DNA from: a virus
Taxonomy: Duplodnaviria; Caudoviricetes
Direction: 5' to 3' (one strand)
Length of the DNA stretch: 25,010 nucleotides
Virus record (IMG/VR): IMGVR_UViG_3300021124_000033
Location: 1 to 25,010 of that record
The position numbers and the translations under genes are program-made. Below, in pieces: positions 24,684 to 25,010 of this stretch (the first letter of the stretch is position 1; each line of letters opens with the position of its first letter). A model generated the notes under the pieces. That model did not search any database. It saw only the letters and a list, made by a program, of their open reading frames with translations, and was not told the DNA's origin.

Positions 24684-25010
24684 ATGTCGACCATCCCCCT
24701 CTTTCTTTCCGTTGCCACCGGCACGCCGGTCCCCGGCGCCCCGGCCGGCACGATCGCGTCCCCCGTCGCTTTGGTCCCGCACAACATCACGACCTATGCT
24801 GGTGGCGGCGTGGGGTTGATTCTGAATTTCAGCGGCAGTGGTGTTGGCTACACCTCGTCCGCCGCAACCGGAAACGTCACGGTTCAACTATCCAATGATC
24901 CGAACGCGAGTCCGAACAACGCAGCCTCGATTCAGGCGACGGCGCGCTGGAACAACCACGACACGCTGGTGAACCGCACAACCGATCAGAATAGCTCCGT
25001 CGTCTACCCG
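24684..25010 (+). CDS. Virion structural protein, 5' part (runs off the window)
   Basis: AAGGA RBS; open frame MSTIPLFLSVATGTPVPG...VTVQLSNDP to the window end. Confidence 0.75.
   Translation, partial: MSTIPLFLSVATGTPVPGAPAGTIASPVALVPHNITTYAGGGVGLILNFSGSGVGYTSSAATGNVTVQLSNDPNASPNNAASIQATARWNNHDTLVNRTTDQNSSVVYP

Overview
Part of a tailed dsDNA phage or prophage genome with high GC. The host is probably alphaproteobacterial, inferred from captured host-like gene fragments. Positions 1-10.4 kb hold leftward operons of small, translationally coupled early-type genes with internal duplications, recombination scars and shared start-associated sequences. Two of these operons are headed by the same control cassette: a conserved 50-bp leader, three operator repeats and a divergent, apparently leaderless ribbon-helix-helix (RHH) gene. 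The two cassettes use different operator sequences. The small terminase gene (~7.9-8.6 kb) is separated from the large terminase (12.6-14.2 kb) by ~4 kb. That interval carries a resolvase-HTH remnant, a small operon with a stand-alone DarA_C-like gene, an RHH gene, a ~0.9-kb patch of decayed host-like DNA (folP fragment, HGGxSTG gene with an in-frame stop, thiE 3' end) and a phased A-tract site. Positions 12.6-25 kb are a head module: terL, accessory genes, KTSC protein, portal, a counter-oriented Xis/AlpA-like HTH gene, GroES-like protein, scaffold, decoration protein and major capsid protein. All family calls come from recognising motifs by eye; no searches were run.
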